DNA from: Asterias rubens
Taxonomy: Eukaryota
Length of the DNA stretch: 64,000 nucleotides
NCBI RefSeq assembly: GCF_902459465.1
Contig: NC_047068.1
Location: forward strand, 20,088,001-20,152,000
Direction: 5' to 3'
Both the position numbers and the translations under genes were made by a program. Positions 60,886 through 64,000 of this stretch are shown in pieces; the first letter of the stretch is position 1, and each line of letters opens with the position of its first letter. The notes beneath the pieces are model-generated. The model was not told the origin of the DNA and made no database searches. It saw only the letters and a list, made by a program, of their open reading frames with translations.

Positions 60886-62289
60886 CCGACCAACCCGTTC
60901 CCAACCGCCCGTAGTCTTTTTGAGTACAACACAATTATCAATTGTTCCCGGGCTATATATACACGGCGTATTTATAAAAATTGCCAGGGGCCAGACCTCA
61001 TGATATTTTCACGCCCAAAGGAGGAAGTCTGCATTACCACGAGCTTACAGTCCATATTTTTTTTCATAAACACCACTCCGTAGTTCGAGAAAGGGGACAG
61101 GGGATAAACATTTAAGTCGCACAACATCGCTGTTCCCGATTTGATATAAACCCCCTCTAAACTATTTATGCAGGCCTGGTTCGCTTTAGAAGGCGTATGG
61201 TATAAATTGATCTGTCCGAACCAAGCCATGTGTGGCAAGCGCTGAGAGGCAGACGGTATTCAGGGAGTCTGGGGGCATGTTACACATCATGAACACCTGA
61301 TAGCTCACAGGAATATGAATTATTGACACGAATAATTAATAACAATCCGCAGGATTTTTGTTGGGCATACGGGAGAAATTTTGCAAAGTTTGCGCCGCTC
61401 GGTGGAATTCAAAATAATGGGATTGAATTCTAAAGACCTTCCGGGGGGTATCAATCTCAAAAGGCTAAGGGCGGGCCGGGGGACGGTACCGGTACATTTT
61501 CGAGGTTGACTTGTATTCTCCTTTCCTGGCATAAGCTTCCTTGTTTAAAGTATGCACTTTCAGAGACTTTTGTTGTTGTTACCTCAACAGGAATTGTGTT
61601 CCCTCCATCATACAATCTAGACCGTAATATTATTGTTATCCTTAATAATTGTCTTCTTGTAGCCCCGTAATACAACGAGTGGATTTAGCCTTGTTTAGGG
61701 GCAAAACTGCATTAACAATGTTTAACAATTTCTGGTGTGTGATTTTTTGACTTGTTAGCATGGGCCTTGAAGTTAAATCCGTGTGGGGTTTGTTTTGTTC
61801 GTACTTTCTTTTTATTTTATTTTTCTCAAAGAAAGTTACAACCACGAAACGAATTTTGTTAGCTAGCCTCGAATAACAAATGCAGACACTTTCAAAGCTG
61901 TGAAAATAACATCAAGACATATTGTTCAGACTACGAAAGTTGACATGCTACACCTCATTAATTATTTTAGATGCACACGGTGCAAAGCAATTACGGTAGT
62001 CCAATGATAGGACTACATTTTCTTGAGCTCGATACGCGGAAAATAACAAACAAAAAGGGGACAAAATGTAGGAAATGTGCACTGTTGCCCTTTTTTTCTC
62101 TGCTAATTATATTTTGTGTTCTATAGTGAGCAAGTCTGCAGACCTTGACAGGTCATTGGAAATTGCTCCAGTATACAATTACATCATATCAAAGGCCTCA
62201 AGGATATTAACTTGGTAACTACGGTGTTAATAAAGCTTATTTTCAGCCTTTGAATTCAAAACATGGTTGATGGTTCAGAACTGATTGAC

Positions 62290-62659
62290 ATAAGGAACAC
62301 GTTGCCTTGGATCGGACGAGCTGGTCTATAAAAAGTGTTTGAAACCGTTTGTTATGAAAATATATAATATAAAATATAATGATCCACACAAGTATCACTC
62401 AAAATTGCACGGTTTTCCTTTTACGTCACGAACTAACACGGTCGGCCATTTATGGGAGTCAAAAATTTGACTCCCATAAATGGCCGACCGTGTTAGTCGA
62501 CGAGGTTAAAGGAAAACCGTGCAATGTTGTGTGATACTTGTGTGGATCATTATATTTTACTTTTAAAACGTCTTTCTAACCATATGCATTTCATAACAAA
62601 CGGTTTCAAACGCTTTTAAAAGACCAACTCGACCGATCCAAGGCAACGTGTTCCTTTAA
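62290..62659. mobile_element. Near-fully palindromic TTAA MITE family D (Kolobok-type)
   Basis: AGGAACACGTTGCCTTGGATCGG ... CCGATCCAAGGCAACGTGTTCCT|TTAA. Central perfect 31 bp arms at 62433-62463 and 62466-62496 with a 2-nt loop. Confidence 0.9.
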
Positions 62660-62749
62660 TGTGGTATGGTGATCCTGCTTATATAACGCCCCTGTCTGAT
62701 AAACAAATATGTAGATTCATACGTTTCCACTTTGGAGAAATATACCTCG

Positions 62750-63340
62750 TTAAAGACACTGGGGTCGATTTCACAAAGAGTTAGGACTCGTCTTATCTCG
62801 AGTTAGGAGGAGTTTAGTTAGGACGAGAAACTCGTCCTAACTTGGGATTAATCTTAATGTCTGCGTGCTACAGTGCAGGGTTGAGATTCGTCCTAAGTCA
62901 TAAGATTAGTCTTAAGTTAGGAAGAGTTTTGTGAAATCGACGGCTGGACACTATTGGTAATTGTCAAAGACCAGTCTTCTCACTTAGTGTATCTCAACAT
63001 ATGCATAAAATAACAAACCTGTGAAAATTTGAGCTCAATATATAGGTCGTCGAAGTTGCGAGATTATAATGAAAGAAAAAAGACCCTTGTCACACAAAGT
63101 TGTGTGCTTTTAGATGGTTGATTTCGAGACCCAAATTCTAAATCTGAGGTCTCGAGATCAAATTCGTGGAAAATTACTTTTTTTTTTTTCTTTTTTTTTA
63201 CCATGTCACTTCAGAGGGAGCCGTTTCTCACATAGTTTTAAACTATCAACCTCTTCCCCCGTTACTCGTTACCAAGTAAGGTTTTATGCTCATACTTATA
63301 TTATAGTGAGTAAAATACCAATAGTGTCCACTGCCTTTAA
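62750..63340 (+). mobile_element. Family A MITE with a Harbinger MITE nested in its left TIR
   Basis: TTAA|AGACACTG[insert]CTGGACACTATTGG ... CCAATAGTGTCCACTGCCT|TTAA. Confidence 0.9.
62762..62943. mobile_element. Harbinger-type MITE family H2, complete, CTG duplication
   Basis: CTG|GGGTCGATTTCACAAAGAG ... GAGTTTTGTGAAATCGACGG|CTG. Confidence 0.88.
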
Positions 63341-63796
63341 GCACCGAGAACATTTAGCAATCATTTTTAGTAACCAACAGTTTTCCTCCCCTGTTACGAC
63401 AAGTGCCATTACTTTAAATCGCTTAACGACTAACATTTCGACGGCTGCACGTAAAACATTTAGGAAACCGACCCACTGGTTCTGCTAAACCAACCTTGGT
63501 CGTGTCATTCGCGGTTCGGCTCGATTGCAGAAAGCATATCGATCTTACACGCAATACACGCCAGAATAATGTGATACCAAGAATGATGTGAAACAGAGAC
63601 AGAGTGACAGGTATCAATCAGGGTAAACACGCAAGTATTATTACCAGCTGGAACAATGCATTTAAGAATGCAACAAGATCCATAAATACTCATTTCGTGT
63701 GCAGGTTGAAAAGTTCAAAGAGAGCGTAAGAAACGGGTAAAGGCAAACTGTCGATGAACATCTGTACGCACTATTTCGTTGGACATGACCCTGCCG

Positions 63797-64000
63797 GGGC
63801 CCAGTATCATGGCTCATGGCCCTGCTTACCGTAAGCAAAGAATCAAAAACATGAAACTCCGCTCTTGCGTCAAGCGTATTTCAAGGGTTAGGGAATATTG
63901 GCTTGAGCGCGTGCATATACGCATTTTGCGCTTACACAGCTAGCACAGTTAAGTGATTCGGTGCTTTGCATGTATAAAGCGAAGAACGGTGATCCTAAGC
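63797..64000. mobile_element. Harbinger-type H3-family MITE, diverged
   Basis: GGCCCAGTATCATGGC...CTGCTTACCGTAAGC, with an interior similar to 16748. Confidence 0.55.

Overview
This is AT-rich eukaryotic (animal) genomic DNA, not prokaryotic. There are no operons, long ORFs, rRNA, tRNA or CRISPR arrays. The repeat repertoire looks like a marine invertebrate, possibly an echinoderm, but that is an unverified impression. One host coding exon is supportable: the first coding exon (minus strand, 2662->2198) of a receptor-type membrane guanylyl cyclase-like protein, with a signal peptide and the start of an ANF-receptor/PBP1 ectodomain. It ends at a GT donor, and the rest of the gene appears to lie left of the window. 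A candidate non-coding first exon and GC-box promoter lie at about 4727-4810. The remaining ~59 kb has no recognisable host exons and is mostly transposon relics: ~20 copies of a ~385 bp TTAA-flanked Kolobok-type MITE, three other TTAA MITE families, several Harbinger-type MITEs with CWG target duplications, LINE 3' fragments (L2/Crack x2-3, CR1, RTE), Penelope-like terminal fragments with degenerate hammerhead-like cores, a Meta/V-domain-like SINE fragment, and several minisatellites. I cannot support a new gene system. The most interesting signals are Harbinger MITEs landing at the same CTG inside the Kolobok terminal repeat, the hammerhead-like relics, near-fully palindromic MITEs, a G4-capable 91 bp minisatellite, an array of inverted CCGGAAGT motifs, and a duplicated segment with coding-like divergence. 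All family assignments come from motif recognition without database searches. Coordinates were counted by hand and may be off by a few bases.
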